The notes under the pieces are model-generated. The model made no database searches and was not told the DNA's origin. It saw nothing but the letters and a program-made list of their open reading frames with translations. Shown here piece after piece: positions 20,589-28,883 of a DNA stretch of 64,000 nt (within the stretch, counting starts at the first letter, position 1; each line of letters starts with the position of its first letter). The DNA is from a virus. The stretch spans positions 41,431 through 105,430 of IMG/VR virus record IMGVR_UViG_3300030099_007635; one strand, given 5' to 3'. Both the position numbers and the translations under genes were made by a program.

Positions 20589-21232
20589 CTTAACATCTCT
20601 CCGTGTTCAGGGTGCAGGGGTTGGTTTTCGGCGTTGAATGCTTGCCCAACAAAGTTTGTTCCAACACGGGCAGAGGGAAACGGGTTAATTTCAAAAAATT
20701 CATCATGAATGCAGCAATCGTTGTTAATAATTGGATATATACGTTCTCTTAAAAAGTTTTGGTCTACCTGCCAAAAGTCACCCTTGTGGTATTTTTCAAT
20801 GAGATTATCCATGTCTTTTAGAAGATCTCCTCTAACCCCCCACATGCCCCCAAGTATTTCTGTTTTGTGAAAGGGATGGTCTCTCATAATGTGAAAACTT
20901 TTTCCGCTAGAAAGCCACTGATCTACTGCTAATTTCTCCCTTTTGTCGAGCCTACAGTCAGTATCGCGTGATATCATTACATCTACAGTGGGGTCGCTTG
21001 CTGGAGAAAATCTCCAAAACATGCCGTTCCAACTTCCCTCTTCGTTCATTTCAATCACTTTAGTGTTAGGTTGTTCTTTTAATTGTTCTTTAATTTCAAG
21101 AGGACAAGATTTGCCCACATAAAACCAACACTCCCATTCAGGGTAAATTTCTTGGGCAATCTTAGCATTATTAACTGCACCTACTGTATAAACAGGGTCT
21201 GTCCCCCATAAACTAAAGCTTATAACTTTCAT
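20585..21232 (-). CDS. Putative GT-A glycosyltransferase
   Basis: ISFSLWG, MFWRF, SRDTD (DxD), HIMRDHP, ILGGMWG, DQNFL. Confidence 0.6.
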   Translation of the reverse strand: MKVISFSLWGTDPVYTVGAVNNAKIAQEIYPEWECWFYVGKSCPLEIKEQLKEQPNTKVIEMNEEGSWNGMFWRFSPASDPTVDVMISRDTDCRLDKREKLAVDQWLSSGKSFHIMRDHPFHKTEILGGMWGVRGDLLKDMDNLIEKYHKGDFWQVDQNFLRERIYPIINNDCCIHDEFFEINPFPSARVGTNFVGQAFNAENQPLHPEHGEMLR

Positions 21233-21978
21233 TGGTATAAATTTTGAATTTCTCTATCTTCCTTTTGTGCTAACTGTAAATTTTCTACAGAAACAGAATC
21301 ATCCCTGTGGTAGAAACAACCTATGATGTCTGGTATTTTTTTAAATTTAAATTTATTGGCAGAGAGATTTAGCCACATCTCATAATCTCCCGAAGAGGTG
21401 TATTTTTCTTTGAAGAATCCACATTTTTCTATAGCTTCTTTCCTTACCAGTGGAAATGGGCCACCAATACAAAGTTTAAGTAGAGTTTCGTGTGAATAGT
21501 CGGGCCAATTTCTCATGCCTACGATATTATCAAAGCTTTGTGAGTTAATAACACAGCATGGACTATAAAACAAATCTACTTTTGGATTTCTTAATATATA
21601 TTCTGTATATGTTTGAAGAGCGGATGGATACAATAAGTCATCAGTATTCCAATTCATAACATAGTGACCATTAGCTTCTCTTATCCCCATATTCCAAGCT
21701 GTATAGATACTAATTCTTTCTAGATTTTCTATAATGCTTACTTTTATTCCATCTCTAAAATCAAATTTTTGTATTATCTCTAGAGAGTTGTCGGTGGAAT
21801 TAGCATCAATAAAAATAACTTCAAAGCTGTCCTCAAATTGATTATTGAGGGCATTTAAATATCCTTCTAACCACTTAGAAGCATTATAAACAGAGCAAAT
21901 AACAGAAATTTTAGGCCATTGTTGCCTCTTCCCAAAATTTCCGCGCTGCTCCTTCACAACCGTTTTTAAAGTTTTCAT
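21229..21978 (-). CDS. GT2 family glycosyltransferase
   Basis: KISVICSVYN, IDANSTD, AWNMG, NTDD, GDYEMWL; start uncertain. Confidence 0.85.
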   Translation of the reverse strand: MKTLKTVVKEQRGNFGKRQQWPKISVICSVYNASKWLEGYLNALNNQFEDSFEVIFIDANSTDNSLEIIQKFDFRDGIKVSIIENLERISIYTAWNMGIREANGHYVMNWNTDDLLYPSALQTYTEYILRNPKVDLFYSPCCVINSQSFDNIVGMRNWPDYSHETLLKLCIGGPFPLVRKEAIEKCGFFKEKYTSSGDYEMWLNLSANKFKFKKIPDIIGCFYHRDDSVSVENLQLAQKEDREIQNLYQ

Positions 21979-22762
21979 ATCCTACTTTTTCAAATTCTAA
22001 ATAAGAGCCTATTTTGGAACGGTCTCCAATTATTTCCTCTACTCCACATAAAAGAGCCTCTGCTATCATTCGGCAGAAAGGTTCATTTACAATTGGTGCG
22101 TGAAATACCGCTCGCGCTTGTTGAAATATCGAAGCTGTTTCGTGATGTTCACAAGACCCGTTAAATATAATATTTTTTTCACCCTCAAAAAGACTGTGGG
22201 GGTTTCTATCTGACCAACCAAAAACATCCACCTTTCTGTCTGGGTTATTTCTTGCAAAGTTCAAAAGGTTATTTAGTCCCTTAAGTGGGTGTAAATAGCC
22301 ACAATAAACAACATCATATTTTTTTTTCTTCTCTTCTTTTTTGAAAATTTTTGTGTTGATAGGGTCGTAAACTATCACGGCATTTTTGAAATAATCGCCA
22401 TAAAGATCTTTAAAGAAAGAATAATGATAATCACTTAAAAAGAAATTCTTTTTTGAATTATTAAACAAGATGCGCCTCTCCCCATTGGATAAATAAGAGC
22501 ATGAATCGTGCTCAAGCCTAACAGAATTAGGAAGTCTCTCAATCATGTTGAGCTTAGCAGGGGAAGTTTTGCTGATTGCCTCTAGATTTGAGTTTACTAC
22601 CAAATCATAAGACGTTAAAAAATCAACAATAGAAGAATTGTGATGATGCTCATCAATCTGATAACCTAGACTTCTACCCTCTTCAATAATTAGAGAATTA
22701 CTGACTTGTGCTCCACCTTGTCTTTGTTGAAGAGTAAAATCAGATATAAATAAAATTTTCAT
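21911..22762 (-). CDS. GT4-like glycosyltransferase
   Basis: GGAQ, YCGYLHPLKG, EPFCRMIAEALLCG. Confidence 0.8.
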   Translation of the reverse strand: MKILFISDFTLQQRQGGAQVSNSLIIEEGRSLGYQIDEHHHNSSIVDFLTSYDLVVNSNLEAISKTSPAKLNMIERLPNSVRLEHDSCSYLSNGERRILFNNSKKNFFLSDYHYSFFKDLYGDYFKNAVIVYDPINTKIFKKEEKKKKYDVVYCGYLHPLKGLNNLLNFARNNPDRKVDVFGWSDRNPHSLFEGEKNIIFNGSCEHHETASIFQQARAVFHAPIVNEPFCRMIAEALLCGVEEIIGDRSKIGSYLEFEKVGYENFKNGCEGAARKFWEEATMA

Positions 22763-22793
22763 ACCTTGCTAACGGTATGATTATATCCAGAAA

Positions 22794-23210
22794 TTACTCT
22801 TCTTCCAGTGCTGGAGGGTGAAAGGTTTGTTCTCCTTCTTTGTCTGCAATATTAGCTAGAAGTAAATCTGTGCGAGCAGAGGTAAAATCCAAATCACTAA
22901 AATCCCAAAATGGATCTGCTTCCTCTTGCTCATATGTTCTATCGGTCCCCTTAACAATGTCTATATCGTGAAATAAATAGTTTTTTTTGACCTCTCTGTC
23001 GGCAGATAATCTCAAAAACATATTTACCCTAGCCATGGCGCATTGGGCCTTGGTTTTTAGTGGTTGCCAATTAAAATCAGTAGCCTTTTCTCCTCTCTTA
23101 TAAACGCGGATTAATTGATCTAGGGTGACTGATGATTCGTGCCTTTGATTAAAAATCAGAACCTTGCTTATAAGGCACTTATAGATTTTTTCCGAAAAAG
23201 TAAGGTTCAT
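22794..23210 (-). CDS. Phage hypothetical protein
   Basis: L..VYKRG...AMARVN.FL motif; preceded by GTGTAA. Confidence 0.65.
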   Translation of the reverse strand: MNLTFSEKIYKCLISKVLIFNQRHESSVTLDQLIRVYKRGEKATDFNWQPLKTKAQCAMARVNMFLRLSADREVKKNYLFHDIDIVKGTDRTYEQEEADPFWDFSDLDFTSARTDLLLANIADKEGEQTFHPPALEEE

Positions 23211-23248
23211 TATAAAAAAATTACACTTTTAATTATTAAAAATGAATC

Positions 23249-24895
23249 TTAACCCTCGCATGAAGAACAGTTAAGAATTGATCTGGCTAACTCCTGACTT
23301 GGATTAGCACTTCTCTGATAATAAAAGCTTTTAATTCCTTGTTCCCATCCGAAAATCAAAAGTTCACTGACTTGTTTGGGCGGGCATTTCGGAGCTACCA
23401 TGATATTTAGGCTTTGGCCTTGGTCAATATACTTCTGGCGCTGCGAGGCTTGAATTACAATTTCTTTTTGGGAGATTTCTCCAAAGGTCTTAAATACGTC
23501 TTTTTCTTCTTGAGTAAGAAAATCTAGATGCTGCACTGATCCTCCTTTTTGTAAAATTGATTTCCAAGTTGTCTGTGTATTCTTTTTCTTCTGCTCTAGA
23601 AGGCTTTCTAAATGTGGATTTTTATAAGTAAATTTACCTTTAGCTAAATCCTTGGTAAAGTAGTTGCTGTTTAGAGGCTCAATAGAGGGGGAAATCTGAC
23701 CTAAAATAAAGGAACTAGAAGTCGTAGGAGCAATTGCCATAGTGGTCATATTGCGGCGACCATAACCCTGAAGATGTTCGGGTTCCCCCAACAGAACAGC
23801 AAGCTCCTTGGTGGCTTCTTCACAGTTTTGTTTAATTTTTTTATGAATTTCACTGTTCAAAAATTTAGCCTCCATGCTTTCAAAGGCTATCATTTGCTGT
23901 TGCAAAAATGAATGCCACCCCAAAACCCCAACCCCCAAGGCTCTTTGTTTTTTGGCAAAGTTGTGGGACGCTTGCATGAATGGAATCTCTTTTGTCTTCT
24001 TGATGTATTCCTCCATTACAGCATCTAAAAAATAAACCAGAGTCTGAACGGCATCCGTTTCCTTAATTTCGTTCCATTTAGCTAAGTTTAGAGAAGAAAG
24101 GCAGCAAACAAATGATTCATCTTGAGAGGAGTGTAAGAATATTTCGCTACATAAATTAGAAGCACTAATTTTTAATTTATTGTCCTTATATGCTTTTGGG
24201 GCTTTTTTGTTCGCTGTATCTGTAAAGAAAAGATAGGGATATCCTGTTTCAAATCTTTTTCTTATAATCGAGGCCCAAGTTAATCTTTTCTTTCGATCTC
24301 CTTCTATGAGGGAGCGCATCCATTCGTCACTAATACAAACACCAAATGACATCTCTTGAATTGGATTTCCCTCGCTTCTTATTCTTAAAAACTCGTTTAT
24401 GTCGGGATGTTCTACGGGGAGATATGCGGCAAAAGAACCCCTTCTTACGTTGCTTTGAGAAACAACAGAAGAAACTTTATCAAAAAGTTCCATGAAATGG
24501 ACTGGACCGCTGGATGTTCCTCCTGCTGAAATTTCAGCGCCTCTACTTCTAAGGTCACCAAAATAGGCAGAGGTTCCCGCTCCATGTTTGGTTTGCATTC
24601 CCACTTCAGCTTGTTTTTCCAAAATCGCATCCATGCGATCCTCTATAAAGACTCCATTGCATGAAATTGGCAAGCCTCTTTCTCTTCCGAAGTTGGCCCA
24701 TATTGGGCTGGCTAAAGAATAAAACCCTTGAGCCAAGTAGCTCTCAAATTTCTCAGCGAATCCCTTTACTTTTAAATATTTTTCTGCCGCTACAGCAATA
24801 TCATGACCTCTTTGTTCGGCAGATTCTCCTGTTTGTAAATAACCACGCTTTAGAAAATCGCGAGAGTCCTTGTTTAGCCATTTATATTTTTTCAT
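23249..24895 (-). CDS. nrdA: Ribonucleotide reductase class I alpha subunit (short, no ATP cone)
   Basis: PISC, RRGS, SNLCSEI, CCLSSLNL, APTTSSS, YYQRS, C-terminal CSSCEG. Confidence 0.95.
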   Translation of the reverse strand: MKKYKWLNKDSRDFLKRGYLQTGESAEQRGHDIAVAAEKYLKVKGFAEKFESYLAQGFYSLASPIWANFGRERGLPISCNGVFIEDRMDAILEKQAEVGMQTKHGAGTSAYFGDLRSRGAEISAGGTSSGPVHFMELFDKVSSVVSQSNVRRGSFAAYLPVEHPDINEFLRIRSEGNPIQEMSFGVCISDEWMRSLIEGDRKKRLTWASIIRKRFETGYPYLFFTDTANKKAPKAYKDNKLKISASNLCSEIFLHSSQDESFVCCLSSLNLAKWNEIKETDAVQTLVYFLDAVMEEYIKKTKEIPFMQASHNFAKKQRALGVGVLGWHSFLQQQMIAFESMEAKFLNSEIHKKIKQNCEEATKELAVLLGEPEHLQGYGRRNMTTMAIAPTTSSSFILGQISPSIEPLNSNYFTKDLAKGKFTYKNPHLESLLEQKKKNTQTTWKSILQKGGSVQHLDFLTQEEKDVFKTFGEISQKEIVIQASQRQKYIDQGQSLNIMVAPKCPPKQVSELLIFGWEQGIKSFYYQRSANPSQELARSILNCSSCEG

Positions 24896-25866
24896 TAAAA
24901 GAGGTCGTCAGCGTCAAATGTTTGAGAATTTTTGGAATATTCCACAGGGCGAGAATGGAAGAAGTCGGTAGCATTATTTCCAAGCAACTCCTCCTCAAAC
25001 CACATTGTATCTTCCAACAAAGAAGTGTCAACATCAAACGCTGAAGCAAAGCCAATTTTTTCCAGAGAATCATTAATTCTATTTTTAATAAACTCTTTTA
25101 AGATGTTGGCGTTGAGACCTTTTTCATTAAATCCGTTTACCATCCAGTCTACGAGGTGACTTTCCGCTACAAAAGCAGCTTTAGCTTCGCTAGCAATTCT
25201 TTCCTCTAGCTCATCATCAAAAAGCTCTGGATGTTCGCTTCGGATGGTGTTGATAATTTTGATTCCCGCAAGAGCGTGAATGTTTTCTTCGTTTCTGGTA
25301 TATTTGACCTGCTGACCAGTATCCTTAAGAACATTGCGATAACGATTAAACCAATTAATCACATAGAACTGACTAAACAAAGAAACATTTTCCACAAACA
25401 AAGTAAAAAGAGTGAGTGCATACACATACTGCTTCTTAGAATCCTTGTAAAACTTGTGATTATACTTGCGAAGATATTTAACCCTGCCTTCGATGAAATC
25501 GAGCTTTAGATTTTCCTCAAAAACATCTTCTAGTCCCAGGACTTTTAGGAGTCTCTCATAAGCATTATTGTGAATAACCTCAACGTTTGCCATTACATAC
25601 CCGAGATCAGTTAAGCTTGGGTGGGGAAGATTATCTCCCAGTTTGCTCCAAAACTTTTTAACAGCTACCTCAATCTGGCCAATAGCCGAAAGAGTGCGTA
25701 TAATCATCTCTTTCTCATCTTCGTTTAAATGGACATTAAAGTCCTGAATATCACTACTGAAGCTAAATTCTTTGTCGGTCCAAAAACCGTTATGCATTGC
25801 CTCTATAAACTCCTGCGCCCATGGATAATGATCGGGCTTCCTAGATACTTGTTCTTCAAAAATCAT
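24895..25866 (-). CDS. nrdB: Ribonucleotide reductase class I beta subunit
   Basis: FW, EVIHNNAY, ENVSLFSQF, EENIH, DFF..RPVEY. Confidence 0.95.
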   Translation of the reverse strand: MIFEEQVSRKPDHYPWAQEFIEAMHNGFWTDKEFSFSSDIQDFNVHLNEDEKEMIIRTLSAIGQIEVAVKKFWSKLGDNLPHPSLTDLGYVMANVEVIHNNAYERLLKVLGLEDVFEENLKLDFIEGRVKYLRKYNHKFYKDSKKQYVYALTLFTLFVENVSLFSQFYVINWFNRYRNVLKDTGQQVKYTRNEENIHALAGIKIINTIRSEHPELFDDELEERIASEAKAAFVAESHLVDWMVNGFNEKGLNANILKEFIKNRINDSLEKIGFASAFDVDTSLLEDTMWFEEELLGNNATDFFHSRPVEYSKNSQTFDADDLF

Positions 25867-25935
25867 GACTAATCAATTTTACACTTATGTCATACAGAGG
25901 GCAATGTCAATCGGAAAATTTCCGAAAAATTTAAT

Positions 25936-25963
25936 TTGACAGAATTACTTTGAGTCGTATAAT
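25936..25963 (+). promoter_or_regulatory. sigma70-type promoter for sigma/ssb operon
   Basis: TTGACA-N16-TATAAT. Confidence 0.65.
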
Positions 25964-26121
25964 AACCGTGAAACGGGACAACGCTTCTTCTTACTTTAAC
26001 GTAATAGAATAAGTAAACGTTTTCTGTAACGTTAAACGTTATATAAATATATTATAAATATCAAAAATTGGAAATTTCAGTTTTTGTGGAAAAAGGAAAT
26101 ACATCAAATAGAATTAGGGAA

Positions 26122-26694
26122 GTGCAAAGCGACTTAACCCTAATCTCCAAAATACAGGACGGCAATGATCAAGAAAGCCTTTTAGAGCTTATTGACAGGC
26201 ATTCGGGTATATTTCATTCTATGGTGAACCATTTTATGTCTCACCCTCAAAACACATTAGACAAAAGCTACATAGTTAGTGAGAAAGATTCCACCATTTA
26301 TCACTCAGCGCTAAATTACGATCCCGATAGAAATACAAAATTTTCTACTCATTTAGCAAATCAGACAAAGTGGAAGTGTCTAAATGTTCTCAATAAAAAG
26401 AAAAAAAATAAAGAAGTTTTTATTGATGATGACTGCACTTATATAGAGCCTTCTTGCGACAGCTTTATCTACGACATAAACAAAGAAGAGGCTCTTTCTG
26501 TGTTTGAAAAATGCCTTCAAAAAGAAAAAGACCAAAGGGTTAAAAAAATAGTTGACATGCGTTACGGGACGGATAATAATAAGCTCACACCTTGGAGGTT
26601 TATAGCGAAAGAACTCAATATGAGTATTCAAGGATGTATCAACATTCACAATCGTTTTATTAATAAAGTAAAAAAAGAAGGAAATTATGTATAA
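26122..26694 (+). CDS. Phage sigma70-family sigma factor
   Basis: Region 2 (LLELIDRH...YDPDRNTKFSTH) and region 4 HTH (WRFIAKELNMSIQG); likely GTG start at 26122. Confidence 0.8.
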   Translation: MQSDLTLISKIQDGNDQESLLELIDRHSGIFHSMVNHFMSHPQNTLDKSYIVSEKDSTIYHSALNYDPDRNTKFSTHLANQTKWKCLNVLNKKKKNKEVFIDDDCTYIEPSCDSFIYDINKEEALSVFEKCLQKEKDQRVKKIVDMRYGTDNNKLTPWRFIAKELNMSIQGCINIHNRFINKVKKEGNYV

Positions 26695-27049
26695 CTCAAT
26701 CACAGCAGCCGCATATTTAGTAAAAGACCCTGAGGTTCGCACGACAACCACTGGTAAAAAAGTAGCCACTCTTCGTGCGGGAATTTCAACAGCCAACGCA
26801 AAAACAAAATGTTTTATTGACGTTGAATACTGGGACAAGACTGCTGAAATTGCAGAAAAATATCTCACCAAAGGCAGGGAGTTTGTTGTTCAAGGAGAAC
26901 TTTGCATGTCTAGCTGGGAGAAAGATGGAAAAAACTTCAGCAAATATCACATCCGTGGAAAGGATCTTCAATTCCTTAGCTCCAACAAAAAGCAGGACTC
27001 ATCAGATGATTCTGGAGAAGGTTCTGGTGGAGATGACGTTCCCTTTTAA
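26687..27049 (+). CDS. ssb: Single-stranded DNA-binding protein
   Basis: LVKDPEVR, FIDVEYW, KGREFVVQGEL, acidic tail DDVPF. Confidence 0.92.
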   Translation: MYNSITAAAYLVKDPEVRTTTTGKKVATLRAGISTANAKTKCFIDVEYWDKTAEIAEKYLTKGREFVVQGELCMSSWEKDGKNFSKYHIRGKDLQFLSSNKKQDSSDDSGEGSGGDDVPF

Positions 27050-28128
27050 TGAAACTTTTAGTAGAAGCACCCCTAAATAGGCTAAGCCTCGGGAATGTCT
27101 CTTATAACTTTATAAGAGAGTTGTTTAAACGAGAGGTAGAAATAGGTATTTTCCCCACGGGAGATACAGATCTGAGTGCCTATAAGCATTCACCTGAATT
27201 CCAGTCTTATCTTGAAACTGCGATAAATAACAGGTTAGACTTTCTTAAGGCCGATATTCCTAGCTTAAAAGTTTGGCATATCAATGGTAGTGAAAACCGT
27301 AAAAACAAAGATCAATATCTTTATTCATTTTACGAATGCAATCAACCTACAGTTGAAGAGATTAAAATTTGTGGTGCTCAAGATAAAGTGTTTTTTAGCT
27401 CCAGCTATGCAACCAAACACTTTAAATCCTCAGGGTTGACTAATGTAGAGCATATTCCTCTGGGATTAGATGAGGACTTCAAGGTTACAGGAAAGTCTTA
27501 CTTAAAAGATGTAATTCACTTTGGTTTAATGGGTAAATGGGAAAAAAGAAAGCACACCCAAAAAATTATCCAGACATGGCTTAAAAAATATGGCAATAAC
27601 CCAAAATATCTTTTAACGTGTTGTGTTACTAATCCCTTTTTTAAGCCCGAAGAAATGCAATCCATGGTCAATGCAACACTTGGAGGGCAAAATTACAGCA
27701 ATATTAATTTCCTTCCTCCATTAGCGACAAACGCAGAGGTCAACGAGTTGCTCAACTCAATTGATATTGATTTAACGGGCTTGTCGGGTGGAGAAGGATG
27801 GAATCTACCATCATTTAATTCAACTTGTTTAGGTAAGTGGAGCGTAGTTCTAAACGTAACCTCTCACAAAGACTGGGCAACAAAAGACAACTCTATTTTA
27901 GTTGAATCTTCGGGACAAATTGATGCTGCTGATGGAGTTTTCTTCCAAAAAAATAAACCATTCAATCAGGGAACATTTTATACTTGGGAGGAAGAAGCTG
28001 CTATTGAGGCCATGGAAAAAGCAGAAGCTAAAGCTGGACAAATAAACACAGAGGGACAAAAGTTATCGGACAAGTTTACCTATTCGAATACTGTTGATTC
28101 CATTTTAAACTGTATTTATAGGAGTTGA
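27049..28128 (+). CDS. GT-B glycosyltransferase
   Basis: GKWEKRK, SGGEGWNLP. Confidence 0.75.
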   Translation: MKLLVEAPLNRLSLGNVSYNFIRELFKREVEIGIFPTGDTDLSAYKHSPEFQSYLETAINNRLDFLKADIPSLKVWHINGSENRKNKDQYLYSFYECNQPTVEEIKICGAQDKVFFSSSYATKHFKSSGLTNVEHIPLGLDEDFKVTGKSYLKDVIHFGLMGKWEKRKHTQKIIQTWLKKYGNNPKYLLTCCVTNPFFKPEEMQSMVNATLGGQNYSNINFLPPLATNAEVNELLNSIDIDLTGLSGGEGWNLPSFNSTCLGKWSVVLNVTSHKDWATKDNSILVESSGQIDAADGVFFQKNKPFNQGTFYTWEEEAAIEAMEKAEAKAGQINTEGQKLSDKFTYSNTVDSILNCIYRS

Positions 28129-28132
28129 AGAA

Positions 28133-28153
28133 TGGCTTGTTTGTTGCTATAAT
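28133..28153 (+). promoter_or_regulatory. sigma54-like -24/-12 element overlapping an extended -10
   Basis: TGGC-N7-TTGC (GG-N10-GC) immediately followed by TATAAT, 8 nt before the hsp20 ATG. Confidence 0.5.
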
Positions 28154-28161
28154 ATAGGTAT

Positions 28162-28497
28162 ATGAATACTTTACTTAATTCTCTTTTTAATAATTTAAAT
28201 GATCTCTCACCAAGAGATCTTATGATCAAACAAAAATCCTGTGTTTCTGACACTGGAGATGTCTATATGGCTGAAGTAGAATTAGCTGGCTTTGCAAAAA
28301 AAGATATCTCGATTCAGGTAACTGATGGAGTTGTTGAGCTTAGCGCAAAAAATAAGGATCGCTCTCAGAAATTTAAATTACATTTAAATGATTTGGTGGC
28401 AGAAGATCACATCTCAGCGGAAATTAAAAATGGCTTACTTAAATTGACATTGCCTAAGAAAAGCGTTTCGGAGGCAAGGCAAATTGAAATCAAGTAA
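28162..28497 (+). CDS. Small heat-shock protein (Hsp20/alpha-crystallin)
   Basis: ELAGFAKKDISI, ISAEIKNGLLKLTLPK, IEI. Confidence 0.9.
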   Translation: MNTLLNSLFNNLNDLSPRDLMIKQKSCVSDTGDVYMAEVELAGFAKKDISIQVTDGVVELSAKNKDRSQKFKLHLNDLVAEDHISAEIKNGLLKLTLPKKSVSEARQIEIK

Positions 28498-28883
28498 TGC
28501 CTATATATGTTTATAAACATCCCGAACAAGAAGAATACCGTGAGGTGTTTCAGGGGATGAATGATGAACATGTTTATTCTGAAGGGGGCGTTGAGTGGCA
28601 GAGAGTTTTTTTGTCGCCCAACGCCTCCGTTAGCACATCAATTGACCCTTTTAATAGGCAACAGTATATAGATGCCACCTACCAGAAAAAGGGGACGGTG
28701 GGAGACATGATGGATCTATCGGCAGAGCTTAGTGCAAAAAGAGCCGAAAAGACTGGGGGCAAAGATCCAATAAAGGAAAAATTCTACGACAACTATGCCA
28801 AAGAAAGAGGTGGCGCGGAACATCCTCAAAGGATCAGAGAGCAGGGCTACGAAAGCAAAAATGTCAAAGTAGACTACGATTAA
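28497..28883 (+). CDS. FmdB-like protein
   Basis: MPIYVY...EVFQGM...WQRVF. Confidence 0.55.
   Translation: MPIYVYKHPEQEEYREVFQGMNDEHVYSEGGVEWQRVFLSPNASVSTSIDPFNRQQYIDATYQKKGTVGDMMDLSAELSAKRAEKTGGKDPIKEKFYDNYAKERGGAEHPQRIREQGYESKNVKVDYD

Noticed and set aside
21900-21978. Possible frameshift fusion of GT4 and GT2 (out-of-frame ATG just before PKISV)
   Set aside because: An in-frame ATG exists at 21978, long overlaps occur elsewhere in this genome, and no slippery site is evident
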